A stretch of 54,600 nt of DNA from a virus (lineage: Duplodnaviria > Caudoviricetes), in IMG/VR virus record IMGVR_UViG_3300009008_000048, positions 1 to 54,600 of that record, one strand, 5' to 3'. The notes below the pieces were generated by a model. The model did no database searches. It saw only the letters and a list, made by a program, of their open reading frames with translations, and was not told the origin of the DNA. Below, piece by piece: positions 35,501 through 45,571 of this stretch (position 1 is the first letter of the stretch; each line of letters begins with the position of its first letter). The translations under genes and the position numbers were made by a program.

Positions 35501-35867
35501 ACCTAGATTTAGGCGTTGTGGGTCATTTGTAAATACTTATGATACTGCTAAGGCGGACAAGGAAGTTGTTCAACAAATAGTAAAACTTAAATATAAACCG
35601 AGTATTATAAAACCACCAATTAAAATGAAACTGGTGGCTTATATGCCTATTCCTAAATCTTTATCTAATAAAAAGAAAGAGGAGTTATTAGGCGAGTATC
35701 ATACTAAACGCCCTGATTTAGATAATATTGTTAAGTTTTATAAGGATGCTTTAGAGGGTATATGCTATAAAGATGATAGCCACATAAGTCACGAAGTATC
35801 TAAAAAGGTTTATGACAAAAACCCTAGAGTAGAAATTACCTTTCTAAGTCTTTGTAAAGATCTATAA
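35439..35867 (+). CDS. rusA: RusA-like Holliday junction resolvase
   Basis: IPGKPKAQPRPRF, KRPDLDNIVK..KDAL.G..YKDDSHI, K.Y...PRVEI. Confidence 0.9.
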   Translation: MNTTESIIEITIPGKPKAQPRPRFRRCGSFVNTYDTAKADKEVVQQIVKLKYKPSIIKPPIKMKLVAYMPIPKSLSNKKKEELLGEYHTKRPDLDNIVKFYKDALEGICYKDDSHISHEVSKKVYDKNPRVEITFLSLCKDL

Positions 35868-38800
35868 ATTCATCTCCGAAATTTTTTAAAGTAGGGTCAG
35901 CTGTTCTTAAAAGTTCTACATATTGTTTATGATATCTAGCTGTTGTATCTACTAATTTTTCTATTTGTTTTATTTTTTGGGCCTCACTTAATGTGTGGTC
36001 TTTTCTAATATTGTATATTTCCCATTCAACCTTTTTAGAAGCCTTTTTTATTTTATTTAATTGTATTTTTTTAGACTCGGATATATTTAAAGCTTTTACT
36101 TTTAAACCAAGCATAGTAGATAATATAGTAGAATTCAAAGATTGTAGCCTGCCTGTATAATCTGTATATTTATCTTTTTTAATAGTAATTTCTTTTATTT
36201 TCTGCTCTTTTTCTTTAATTGATAAATCAAGATCGTTTTGTATACTATCTAATTTATGTTGGTAGTAATTACCCATAATAGCTTTTTTAAGTTTTTCCCA
36301 ACCATAATTTCCAGGAGCCATTGAGGGCATTATTTGTTTGTAAGCATGTTCAGATGATGCACCTATTATTTGTTTAACACTACTGGATGTTGTATTGGTT
36401 AAATCTGGATCATATAGTTCTTCACCAGTAAATAATGATTTATTAAAGTATATCTCGGAAGGTATTCTGTATATAGGGTTTCCAAAAACCCAATTTTCAA
36501 GTAACTTAGAGGGGTCTTTAACTTCTTGAGAATAAGGAACAATATATGTTAAATCTATAAATTGAGGATCTCCGTTTTTATCTAGTGTAGGAGCTAGTAT
36601 AAAAAGCCCCTTTTTCATATAACTAGGAAATGATTTTTTTGCATTTTCAACATCTTCATCGTCCCATCCAAGAGCTGCTTTTGATATCGCTTGTATTGCT
36701 TTTGAAACAGCCCACCATTTAGCTAATGTTACTGGTCTGGTTGCAGCTGCTTCTACTAGTCTAGGAGCCACCAATACTGGAAATCTTAAAAAAGGAATAC
36801 CATACCATTTAGTACTATACTTTTGCCAGAAAGTTGTTACGGCACTATAATCTAACCCCCACTTTTTAGCAAATTTTGCTGCATCGCTAGGTGTCATTTT
36901 TAAATCTTTTCTAGCATACAAATATAGCCCCATTTTATTCCATTGTTCTTCTGCTTCATATAATTCTGTTAACTTGGCATCTCCTTTAGCAACTATATTT
37001 TTAGTATTTTCTAAAATATCTTTAATAGTTAACGTACCTTCTTTTAATTGTAATGCTTGTTTCTTACTCATTACAGTACTTAACTCATTGCCAGCCCAAC
37101 TACTTTTAAATAGTAATGCTTTTCTTGCTTCAGTATAAAGATCTCCCTTTTTAAGTACTTGTTCAAAGGCTTCTGTCCATATATCTACTCTAGTAGGAGA
37201 TAGCCCAGCTATATCAGATAATATAAAGTTAAAATACATATTTCTAAAATGAGTACTAGGATTATAAATAACTTTCCATTTCTTCCATATCATCAACCCT
37301 TTATTCATTACTTTTTTAGATTGTTCTTGTATTTCAAAAGTACCAACAACATCTTTGTATATTTCGGATTTTACAAACATACCTTTTAAATCTCCGTAAG
37401 CATCGTTTCTGGGCATTAATTCAAATCCCTTTTTATATTCTTTAGATGCAAACTCTTTATTTTCTGCTATTTTTTTAAGAAAAGATAAATATGCTACATC
37501 ATGCCCTACGGTTTTTGCAGTTTTATATACAACCCATTCAGGAGAATCTAAAATTGCCCCCATTTCTTCTTTCTCTTTTTTAGTCCAATCTCTCCACATA
37601 ACAACTTCACCCTTTTTAGCATTTTTTTGTTCTTTAGATATTTTCCAACCCATACCTTTTTCTGAGTATTTTTTTACTTGTTTTTCAGGCACTGCCTCTG
37701 TAACACCCTTTGACATAGCTCTTTTTAATGAAGCTTTAGAGCCACCTTTATTTAAATAATTTTTAACAACATTAAACATGGATTTATTATAATAAAAACT
37801 AGCCAAATAATATCCTTTATTAGCCTCGTAAACTTCTTGAGATATTGCACCAGATTTATAATATTGTTCACCCAACCTATCAATCAACCGTCTGGCTGCT
37901 TTAGCCCTTGCTTGTATATCAGCGTCTGGATGATTACCATTATTAACTATAGCTTGGTGTAGTTGTATTTTTTGTTCTATATCTAATCCATTGGATAGAT
38001 TTTCAAGCATTTCTTCGGCTAATAAATCTATATGTACTTTTTCTTTTTCTAATATTTCTTTAGCGTTTTTATACCAATCTGGCCAGTTATGTTCATGTAT
38101 AAATTTACCACCAAACCATTTATAAAATGGTTGTTCATTTATCCATTTACTAGTTGCTGTCCATACATTTTGTGCTCCACTAGTTTTCCATGCTGCATCT
38201 CTAGCCTTTAGAAATACTTTATTAAGATTTTGTTCTAGTTCATTGATTGGCCTAGATACTTCCTGAACTATTTTACCAACTGGTTTAGCTACCCTACCAA
38301 TTACCTTACCAGCAACCTTACCAACTGGTTTAGCTACTTTACCAACAACCCTACCAACTGGTGGAGCTACTTTAGCAATTATATTTGCAGGAATTAATAT
38401 AGGAGCATATAATAGTGACTCTAAAGTTATAAACCCGTAATTATTTTCTATGTATCTACCCAATATTACAGATTTTGAAAATAAGGGCTTAACATTAGTC
38501 TTTTTTTCTTTTTCAGATTCTTTTTTAAATGAATCTATAAAGTACTTTTTAGTCTTACCTCTACTTTTTAAAGCCTCAAGTTCTTCCATGTATTTATCTT
38601 CTGCTTTTTCTTTTGCTTGCTTTTTAACTTCATCTTTTATAGACCTATCCTTTTCTATTTTTTTAATATCAGTTATTTTTGTTTGTTTTGAATTCCAATT
38701 ATATAAAAAGTCTTCTATTATTTGTGCTTTTTCATAGTTTTCCTTTTCAAATTCTTTATCATACATTTCTTGAAATACGTCTATGGTTAAACCTCTATCT

Positions 38801-41800
38801 TTTAATGTTTGTAAATGTTTACTATAATCCTGTTCCGCTTTTGGCTCAGATTTAAAATCTTTTTCTGTTGTTATTTTTCCAGTATTAGTATTAACCAAAA
38901 GTGTTTGCTCAACCATTTTTTCAGCCTCTTTTAAACTATTAGCTCCACCCATATCATATATATATTTGGCCTTAGATTCTGGAGTACCATTTTTATAATC
39001 AACTTCATACCTAGATGCTTTCTTTTTAAGCTCTTTTTCCTTTTTTATAGTTTCTCGTCTTTTAGCCTCCCTACGTTTACTTCTTTCAAAGTTTAGTCTT
39101 TGCATTTCAGTATGTTTATCTTTTCCTATAAAAATGCCTTGTTTCCTATCTCGTGCCTCTCTGAATAAGCGCTTACGTAATTGTGCATCACTTTCAGCTT
39201 TCTTAGGTCTGCCAACTGGTTTAACTGTTTTCTTTTTTTCAAGTTGTAATCTACCTGCTTCTAGTAATTCTTTCTGTGCCTTGTTCCATATGTCGGTGAG
39301 TTGTTGTCCTTCTGAAATATAGTCAACCCATATTCCATCGTCAACCTTGCTTTGTAACTTTCTTAATGCTTTTAATGAATCTTTAAATCGCCATTCTCCA
39401 TAAGCAACTATTGCATCTTGGGCTGTTTTTTGTGCATCATTGTAAACTGGTAACTTCTTATGTTCTTCTGTATAATTTTTAGAAAGTTCTTTTATTTTTT
39501 TTGTTTGCGATGCTACTGTTTCTCCTTCTAATTTACCTTGGCTTTGTCTATACCTGAGATTACTTTCTATCTGTTCTCTTACTTCCTTTTCGAACCCATA
39601 CTCCCTTGATAAATATCTTATAAGATTTCTAATCTTTGGCTTTGCATACTCGCCCTTAAGACTTGACTGCTTTTCATTCATTCTGTGAGTTAAATCTCCT
39701 ATATGCTCTAGCCCCCATCCATATAGTTGGGATATTTGAGAATGAGCGGCTTTTAGCATAGCAGATTCTGGTTTAACCCTTTGTTGTTGTGCCAAGTCAT
39801 CAAAAGTTTTTTGCTTGAACTCCTCAGCACTCTTATACTTCTTGGCTTCTTGAATTAGGGATTGGTTTGGTTTGACTTCTTCTGTATATTTTTTAGGTTT
39901 TTTAGCAAGTTTTTTATCTATATAGAAATTCTTTTTAGCAACCTTACCCATAAAAGAACGACTACCTTGTCTGCCTGCAGTAAAGGTTCTAGCAGAACCA
40001 CTTGATGTAAACGGTGTTGATGCACCCTTAGATATTGCTTTTCTCTTAGTAACAGGCTCTTTAACAGTTGTTCTCGCAGCCGTAACAGGCCTTTTAACGG
40101 CTTTAACAGCTTTTTTGGTAGTAGGCACTGGCTTTATCTTTTTAACCCTTGTAACAGCCTTTAAAGTATCTGCGACACTTATAGGTTTTTCATCTACTTG
40201 TATTTTGCTAGGTTTTTCATCTACTTGTATTTTGCTAGGTTTTTCATCTACTTGTATTTTGCTAGGTGCAACCTTTTTAGTTCCTGTATGTTTAATTGTT
40301 CTTCCTGAAGCACTTAAATGATAATTTTTAGCAGTTTCTTTTTTGTCTGCAAAAAATTCATTCTTTTGTAAATCAAAATATTCTACACCTTTTTGTGGCT
40401 TATGAGAATTATTAAATTTAATAGTATTAAAAGTATTTTTATAATAACTTCTTAAAAAGTTACTAGAATTAACCCAAAAGTCTTTGCTTGTTAATATAAC
40501 AGTTATCTCATTAGCAACTTTTTTATCATTAGTAGTTTTATATATATCTTTTAATGCGTCAATTTGGTCATTTTTAAATTCTTTAATATTATCAAAAGAA
40601 CGTTTAGTTTTAGTAACACCCTCAACTGTTCCTCTATACACTGTAACAGCACTAATTGTTTTTTGTCTTTTGCTAGGACTAACAGTCTTTTGTACTCTGC
40701 TAACAGCACTACTATCACCTCGTAAATTAAACGTTCTTGCCGTTTTCGGTATTTTTGAATAACCCCCCTCTTTACCAGTAAGCGCAGATATATTAGCTAT
40801 ACGTAGTTCGTTTGTGTTTCTTTTTTGTTTAATAACATTATCTAGTCCTTGACCAGTAGTATCATAAAACCAAGATTTAATTTGTTCTTGTACTTCAGGA
40901 GATTTGTTACCTATATAAGATTTACTTTTAGGACTTAATGAAACATACCCATAAGGTGTAGCTATTTGTTTAAACGCAGCTGAAAGATATGGTGTTGCTG
41001 CATCAACAGAATTAAAAGGGAATTTATTTAATAACCTTTTAGCCCCTACCCCTAGTGCATGAGTGCTAACATTAGGATTACTAGAGTTTTTAATATGATC
41101 AAATACTTTTGTTAACCATTTATCTTTTACATTGATACTTACACTATTATTTGGACTAATAGCTATATAGTTATATTCTTTATGAGCTTCTGCTAATAAT
41201 TCATCTAAGTAATCCATTGATTCACCTTGGTGAAATACTTGCATAACTTTATGCCCTTTAGATTTTAGATATTTATAGTTCTCTTTACTTTTTTGTTGTG
41301 CTTTTAATGCCTGTGCTTTAGTAACCTTTTTACCAGGACTAGAAGGTATTACATCTAAGTTAATAGCTGTAAAATAATTGCCATCCATACTATCTAAAAA
41401 TTCGGAATATTCTTCCACTGTAGCAGGTTTATTTCCTTTATTCCATGTAGTAAAAGCACCAGAGTCTATAATTAAGTTAACCCCTTTACTTTTTAGACTT
41501 TTTATATAATTGGGTGTGAACTTACCTTTATAAGCATAACTTATAAGTACATCTTTATTTCCAGATTGTATTGCATTTTCCGCTGCTACTTTAGTTCCTG
41601 CAGAAACAAATTTTCTAGTTTCTGGTTTATAAGGCGCTGTTTCAGGACCATACACTGTTTTCTCTTTTTCTCTTTTTGCAATAGTATTTTCTACGTTATT
41701 TATAATTTTTGACAAAACTTCTTGTTGTTTCTTATTACCACTTTTTTTTGCTTTAGCTAATTCATTTTTTAAGTTAGCAATAAGTCGCTTTGATTTATCA

Positions 41801-43185
41801 ATTTCTTCAACCTGTGCAGTATCTGTCATTTGAAATGCATAAGAGTTTAATCTATTTGAAGGTTTTGGTATAAATACCGATGCTGTTGTTGGATCAGCAG
41901 CAGGTAGCCCTAACGGTTTTTGTTGCGTAGGTAATTCAGTAAATTTTTCTGGTGTAGGTAGTTCTAATGGTTTATCAAGCACTTCAGGTTGGTTTTTATT
42001 TTTATCATATTTAGAATAACCATATTGTGATACTGATATACCTGCTTGTGAAATTAGTAATACTGATATTTCTACACCTAGATCATCTACAGTTAACCCT
42101 TCGAAAGGCTGGTCGCCTAACCCTAATTTATATAATGCATCATTTAAAATATCTGCATCTCTTTCTTCAAAAAACTCATTAACAAAACCATTCCAACCAA
42201 CCATTTTAGTTAATTTAGTAAACTTATTAGGTGTAAGTTTAGGAATTTTCTTTTGCATTGCTTTATAAATAGCAGTTTTAACGATTACTGTTCTAGCAGG
42301 CTTTGTTAATAATGCAGTAACCTTTTTAGGAAGTTTACCTGAAACACCACTCATTCTTTCTGATAATATTTCAACTGCGTGTCCAGTAGATGCATTAACA
42401 ATTGATTCTAATATACCTTGGCCCTCTTCAAGTACTTCTCCAGTTTCTGTATCTATAACACCTATTTGTCTTTGTAATGCTTCGTGTGGAATATTAAATA
42501 CACCAGTAATAGCTATTTCTTTAGCTGTTTTTACTGCTGCTTTTTTTACATGTTCTTTAACAACCTTTCTTAATGCCTTATCTTTTACTACATTTTTAAG
42601 AGCTTCTAATACAGCTTTTTTACCTGATTTCTTGGCAACAAGAGCCCATAATGAACCAGTCCCAGTAGGTCCAGCCATAAGAGCAGCAAGCCCAAGTTCT
42701 GCAGCAAAAGTAGCGGTTTCTCTTAATCCGCTACCTATTTCATAGCCCCATCCCCCTGATTCTCTTAATTCTTGTTGTCTGTCAAGCTCGTTATAATAAT
42801 TGTCTAAAATTTTATAGTGTTTATCTTCGGCTGTTTTATTTTTTATTTTATTTGATGCTAAAAGGACTATACCCAAATCTGTTGTTTCTTTAATATCTCC
42901 AGCAAATGGAATATCATAAGTACTAGCTTCTTCACCCCATCCTTTATGAAAATCACCTAACTCGGTTCTTTTTTTAGTTTGTATATCTTTTTCTACTTGC
43001 TGTGGCTGTTGTTGCCGTTGTTGCTGTGGCTGTTGTTGCCGTTGTTGCTGTAATTGTGTTAACTGCTGTGATTTAGCTACATTATGCTTGTCAAACACAC
43101 TTTCAGACACAGTTAAATCAAATATACTAGGTCTTTTTTGTTGAAGTTGTTTACGTTCTTTTATTAGTTCTTCTAATGTTTTCAT
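35836..43185 (-). CDS. Giant (2449 aa) multidomain putative internal virion/ejection protein with embedded DpdA-like domain
   Basis: Last and largest gene of the tail/ejection operon; helical N- and C-terminal regions (NPSTHFRN, DYS, PF..F) separated by low-complexity linkers and inserted domains. Confidence 0.75.
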   Translation of the reverse strand: MKTLEELIKERKQLQQKRPSIFDLTVSESVFDKHNVAKSQQLTQLQQQRQQQPQQQRQQQPQQVEKDIQTKKRTELGDFHKGWGEEASTYDIPFAGDIKETTDLGIVLLASNKIKNKTAEDKHYKILDNYYNELDRQQELRESGGWGYEIGSGLRETATFAAELGLAALMAGPTGTGSLWALVAKKSGKKAVLEALKNVVKDKALRKVVKEHVKKAAVKTAKEIAITGVFNIPHEALQRQIGVIDTETGEVLEEGQGILESIVNASTGHAVEILSERMSGVSGKLPKKVTALLTKPARTVIVKTAIYKAMQKKIPKLTPNKFTKLTKMVGWNGFVNEFFEERDADILNDALYKLGLGDQPFEGLTVDDLGVEISVLLISQAGISVSQYGYSKYDKNKNQPEVLDKPLELPTPEKFTELPTQQKPLGLPAADPTTASVFIPKPSNRLNSYAFQMTDTAQVEEIDKSKRLIANLKNELAKAKKSGNKKQQEVLSKIINNVENTIAKREKEKTVYGPETAPYKPETRKFVSAGTKVAAENAIQSGNKDVLISYAYKGKFTPNYIKSLKSKGVNLIIDSGAFTTWNKGNKPATVEEYSEFLDSMDGNYFTAINLDVIPSSPGKKVTKAQALKAQQKSKENYKYLKSKGHKVMQVFHQGESMDYLDELLAEAHKEYNYIAISPNNSVSINVKDKWLTKVFDHIKNSSNPNVSTHALGVGAKRLLNKFPFNSVDAATPYLSAAFKQIATPYGYVSLSPKSKSYIGNKSPEVQEQIKSWFYDTTGQGLDNVIKQKRNTNELRIANISALTGKEGGYSKIPKTARTFNLRGDSSAVSRVQKTVSPSKRQKTISAVTVYRGTVEGVTKTKRSFDNIKEFKNDQIDALKDIYKTTNDKKVANEITVILTSKDFWVNSSNFLRSYYKNTFNTIKFNNSHKPQKGVEYFDLQKNEFFADKKETAKNYHLSASGRTIKHTGTKKVAPSKIQVDEKPSKIQVDEKPSKIQVDEKPISVADTLKAVTRVKKIKPVPTTKKAVKAVKRPVTAARTTVKEPVTKRKAISKGASTPFTSSGSARTFTAGRQGSRSFMGKVAKKNFYIDKKLAKKPKKYTEEVKPNQSLIQEAKKYKSAEEFKQKTFDDLAQQQRVKPESAMLKAAHSQISQLYGWGLEHIGDLTHRMNEKQSSLKGEYAKPKIRNLIRYLSREYGFEKEVREQIESNLRYRQSQGKLEGETVASQTKKIKELSKNYTEEHKKLPVYNDAQKTAQDAIVAYGEWRFKDSLKALRKLQSKVDDGIWVDYISEGQQLTDIWNKAQKELLEAGRLQLEKKKTVKPVGRPKKAESDAQLRKRLFREARDRKQGIFIGKDKHTEMQRLNFERSKRREAKRRETIKKEKELKKKASRYEVDYKNGTPESKAKYIYDMGGANSLKEAEKMVEQTLLVNTNTGKITTEKDFKSEPKAEQDYSKHLQTLKDRGLTIDVFQEMYDKEFEKENYEKAQIIEDFLYNWNSKQTKITDIKKIEKDRSIKDEVKKQAKEKAEDKYMEELEALKSRGKTKKYFIDSFKKESEKEKKTNVKPLFSKSVILGRYIENNYGFITLESLLYAPILIPANIIAKVAPPVGRVVGKVAKPVGKVAGKVIGRVAKPVGKIVQEVSRPINELEQNLNKVFLKARDAAWKTSGAQNVWTATSKWINEQPFYKWFGGKFIHEHNWPDWYKNAKEILEKEKVHIDLLAEEMLENLSNGLDIEQKIQLHQAIVNNGNHPDADIQARAKAARRLIDRLGEQYYKSGAISQEVYEANKGYYLASFYYNKSMFNVVKNYLNKGGSKASLKRAMSKGVTEAVPEKQVKKYSEKGMGWKISKEQKNAKKGEVVMWRDWTKKEKEEMGAILDSPEWVVYKTAKTVGHDVAYLSFLKKIAENKEFASKEYKKGFELMPRNDAYGDLKGMFVKSEIYKDVVGTFEIQEQSKKVMNKGLMIWKKWKVIYNPSTHFRNMYFNFILSDIAGLSPTRVDIWTEAFEQVLKKGDLYTEARKALLFKSSWAGNELSTVMSKKQALQLKEGTLTIKDILENTKNIVAKGDAKLTELYEAEEQWNKMGLYLYARKDLKMTPSDAAKFAKKWGLDYSAVTTFWQKYSTKWYGIPFLRFPVLVAPRLVEAAATRPVTLAKWWAVSKAIQAISKAALGWDDEDVENAKKSFPSYMKKGLFILAPTLDKNGDPQFIDLTYIVPYSQEVKDPSKLLENWVFGNPIYRIPSEIYFNKSLFTGEELYDPDLTNTTSSSVKQIIGASSEHAYKQIMPSMAPGNYGWEKLKKAIMGNYYQHKLDSIQNDLDLSIKEKEQKIKEITIKKDKYTDYTGRLQSLNSTILSTMLGLKVKALNISESKKIQLNKIKKASKKVEWEIYNIRKDHTLSEAQKIKQIEKLVDTTARYHKQYVELLRTADPTLKNFGDEFIDLYKDLER
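40182..40262 (-). repeat. In-frame 27-bp tandem repeat x3 (PSKIQVDEK)
   Basis: TAGGTTTTTCATCTACTTGTATTTTGC three times on the + strand. Confidence 0.9.
40779..41616 (-). other. DpdA/TGT-like transglycosylase domain inside the giant protein
   Basis: [69 protein letters not shown], all colinear with 34119..35138. Confidence 0.88.
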
Positions 43186-43209
43186 ATATGTAATATATTA
43201 ATTTTATTA

Positions 43210-44643
43210 TCAATTAGTAGCTAGCCATTCTCCATTTATTGACTTTGTATAACCAGCACCAAGCATAGCCGACTCTAAGCCACTTGGGTCTAAAACTGAT
43301 CCAAAAAGTCTATTTAATGCACCGTACATTACATCACCAGATAGATTTTTGTCTTTATTTTTGTTCAAATAACTAGTTGCACTATCTATATTTTGTTGTC
43401 TTATTGTTTGTTCGGCGGCAAGTCTTTGTTCCATTGTTAAGCTAGAAAAATCTTCAGCGCTTATATTAAATTCACCATCATCATTTACTAATTGATTTTT
43501 TAATATGTTCCTTTCCCATCCTTCTAGGTCTGTAGGATTTGTTGCTAGCATTTGTCCATTAGAATTCCAACCCTCCAACTGCGTCATTGTTTGTACAAGA
43601 AGAGTTAATTCTTCTCGGTTTAAATCTTTTATTGTTATAGTATTTGGATCACGTCTTATTCCCACATATGACATATTAGCATATGACATTATATCATCTT
43701 TTTTGTATAGTGAGTCACCGAATTTAAATCCTTTATTTAATAATTCTTGTAATCCATAAGCATTTGGATCTCCTTTATAATCACCACTCCATAGCTTCAT
43801 TGCATCATTTAAGGTTAAGTTTTTATATGTAGACCCTAATAATAAATCAACTCCTGCATCAAGTCCTTGTTGTACTGAAACAAAATTAGTAAAATGGCTA
43901 CCATCTGGGCTTGCTGATAAAGTGCCTTTTTGCGCCCCCCCATAACTTTTACCAAAAGCACCCCATTTAATATTTAATGGATTATTGTTACGCCATGAAG
44001 CACTACCACCTTTTTTTGTAGATGTAACATATGGATCATTTGGATATATATCTTTAAAAGTAACACCAACACCTAAATTAACCATTTTTGCTAAATTATC
44101 CATTCTTGAAGCCTCTGCTAGTCTATTTTCCTGTCTGTCTGCTCTAGCGTCTGCTTGTTGTTCTCTGTATTCTTGATGCCCTTTTGTTATCATATTAGTA
44201 ACATCTTCCATTCTAGTACCTCTGTATGCTTCCTCTTCTTGTAGCCCCCTACTATAAGCTTGTAAAGCACCTCTTCTAGATTGCCTTACAGCTGCTTGGT
44301 CTGCAGGACTTAACTCTGCAAATCTAGCATTAGTAATACCACCTACTATAGGTTTACCATATTCATCCACTGTAGGTGCGCCAAAAGCACCAGTAGCTTG
44401 ACCTAATGATCTAACCCACTTCTTTCTATCTGCTATATCTTTATTAAAGTTTTGTTTTCTACGAATTATTTCTTTCGCAGCTTCAGTTAATGTATTTTTG
44501 TTTTTAAAGTCTTCCAAATTAAAACTATAAGGTTGACTAGCCATTTTATATCCTGAACCATCTCTAGATATACCACCAGAATTACTTCTAGGATCTGCTA
44601 CTTCAGAATAGCTACCATTTGTTTGATAAAAATTTATTGCCAT
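43210..44643 (-). CDS. Putative ejection protein with lysozyme-like (RNNNP.NI) peptidoglycan hydrolase domain
   Basis: SWRNNNPLNIKWG...F.S.QQG..A..DLL...Y..LTL..AM..WS...MTQLEGW. Confidence 0.65.
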   Translation of the reverse strand: MAINFYQTNGSYSEVADPRSNSGGISRDGSGYKMASQPYSFNLEDFKNKNTLTEAAKEIIRRKQNFNKDIADRKKWVRSLGQATGAFGAPTVDEYGKPIVGGITNARFAELSPADQAAVRQSRRGALQAYSRGLQEEEAYRGTRMEDVTNMITKGHQEYREQQADARADRQENRLAEASRMDNLAKMVNLGVGVTFKDIYPNDPYVTSTKKGGSASWRNNNPLNIKWGAFGKSYGGAQKGTLSASPDGSHFTNFVSVQQGLDAGVDLLLGSTYKNLTLNDAMKLWSGDYKGDPNAYGLQELLNKGFKFGDSLYKKDDIMSYANMSYVGIRRDPNTITIKDLNREELTLLVQTMTQLEGWNSNGQMLATNPTDLEGWERNILKNQLVNDDGEFNISAEDFSSLTMEQRLAAEQTIRQQNIDSATSYLNKNKDKNLSGDVMYGALNRLFGSVLDPSGLESAMLGAGYTKSINGEWLATN

Positions 44644-44661
44644 ATATTTGTTAATTATTTA

Positions 44662-45570
44662 TTAATACCAATATCCAGGAGCTGTAGGAGCTATTCTGCC
44701 CCATTTACTCTTATATATCTCTGCTTCTCTTTCTGCACCTATATCACCTTGTATACCACCTCTTAAGTTATAAAATTTACCACTACCATAAGGTGAGCTA
44801 TAAGAACCAAAGTTAACACCTTCGTTTTGTAATTTTTGAGTACCAAACCTTCTTTCTGCTTCTAATCCTAAATCTCTTACTTTAGTTTTGTATGTATTTA
44901 ATGCTTTTGTATAATCTATTTTTCTTTGAGTTGGTACTGTACCTTCTACACCCCTAGATGCTAATGCGCCTTCTTCTCCAAGCTGTGCTCTAGATTTACC
45001 AGAAAATGTCATACCTCTAGCCCTTAAAGACTTTTTAGTATTAGCTAGTGTTTGTTTATAGTTTGCTGCTTCTTGTTCTTTGTAGCCTGAAAACTGGTCT
45101 CTAATGTCTGCTAGCTGGTCTTTTAAATCACTTATTTCTCTACCAGATATTTTATCATAGTAAGTACCTATGTCTTGTTCTGCCCCTGTAGCTGCATCGG
45201 CTATTATTTGAGCAAACTCTTCATTGCTAGGCATAGTATTGCCATAATACTGTGATGCTAAATGACGTAACATTTGTGTTTCGCCTCTTGAATATCCTAG
45301 ACTATCTATATAATCATATAGTCCTTGCATTTGATCTTCATATAGTTGTTCAGCATCACTTACTTCTTCTTGTTGGCCTTGTTGGTTTTGTTGTTGGCCA
45401 CCAAATGTATCCCCTTGTGCTTGTAATAATTGTAGTAGTTGAATATTTTGTTGTGCAGTTCCTTGGTAATTCTGTATGCCATACTGAGAAGCAAGCTGTT
45501 CTCTTGCAGCATATGAACTAGGTTGCCCAATTGAATTTAGATAATCAACTATTGATGTAAAATTTGGCAT
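44662..45570 (-). CDS. Putative ejection protein with N-terminal cell-wall-binding-like (DUF3597-type) module
   Basis: SIVDYLNSIGQPSSYAAREQLASQYGIQNYQGTAQQNIQLL; Q-rich helical body; RGMTFSG. Confidence 0.55.
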   Translation of the reverse strand: MPNFTSIVDYLNSIGQPSSYAAREQLASQYGIQNYQGTAQQNIQLLQLLQAQGDTFGGQQQNQQGQQEEVSDAEQLYEDQMQGLYDYIDSLGYSRGETQMLRHLASQYYGNTMPSNEEFAQIIADAATGAEQDIGTYYDKISGREISDLKDQLADIRDQFSGYKEQEAANYKQTLANTKKSLRARGMTFSGKSRAQLGEEGALASRGVEGTVPTQRKIDYTKALNTYKTKVRDLGLEAERRFGTQKLQNEGVNFGSYSSPYGSGKFYNLRGGIQGDIGAEREAEIYKSKWGRIAPTAPGYWY

Positions 45571-45571
45571 A

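Noticed and set aside
35836-35867. Functional significance of the 32-bp convergent overlap of rusA and the giant ORF
   Set aside because: Short tail-to-tail overlaps are common where phage transcription blocks meet.
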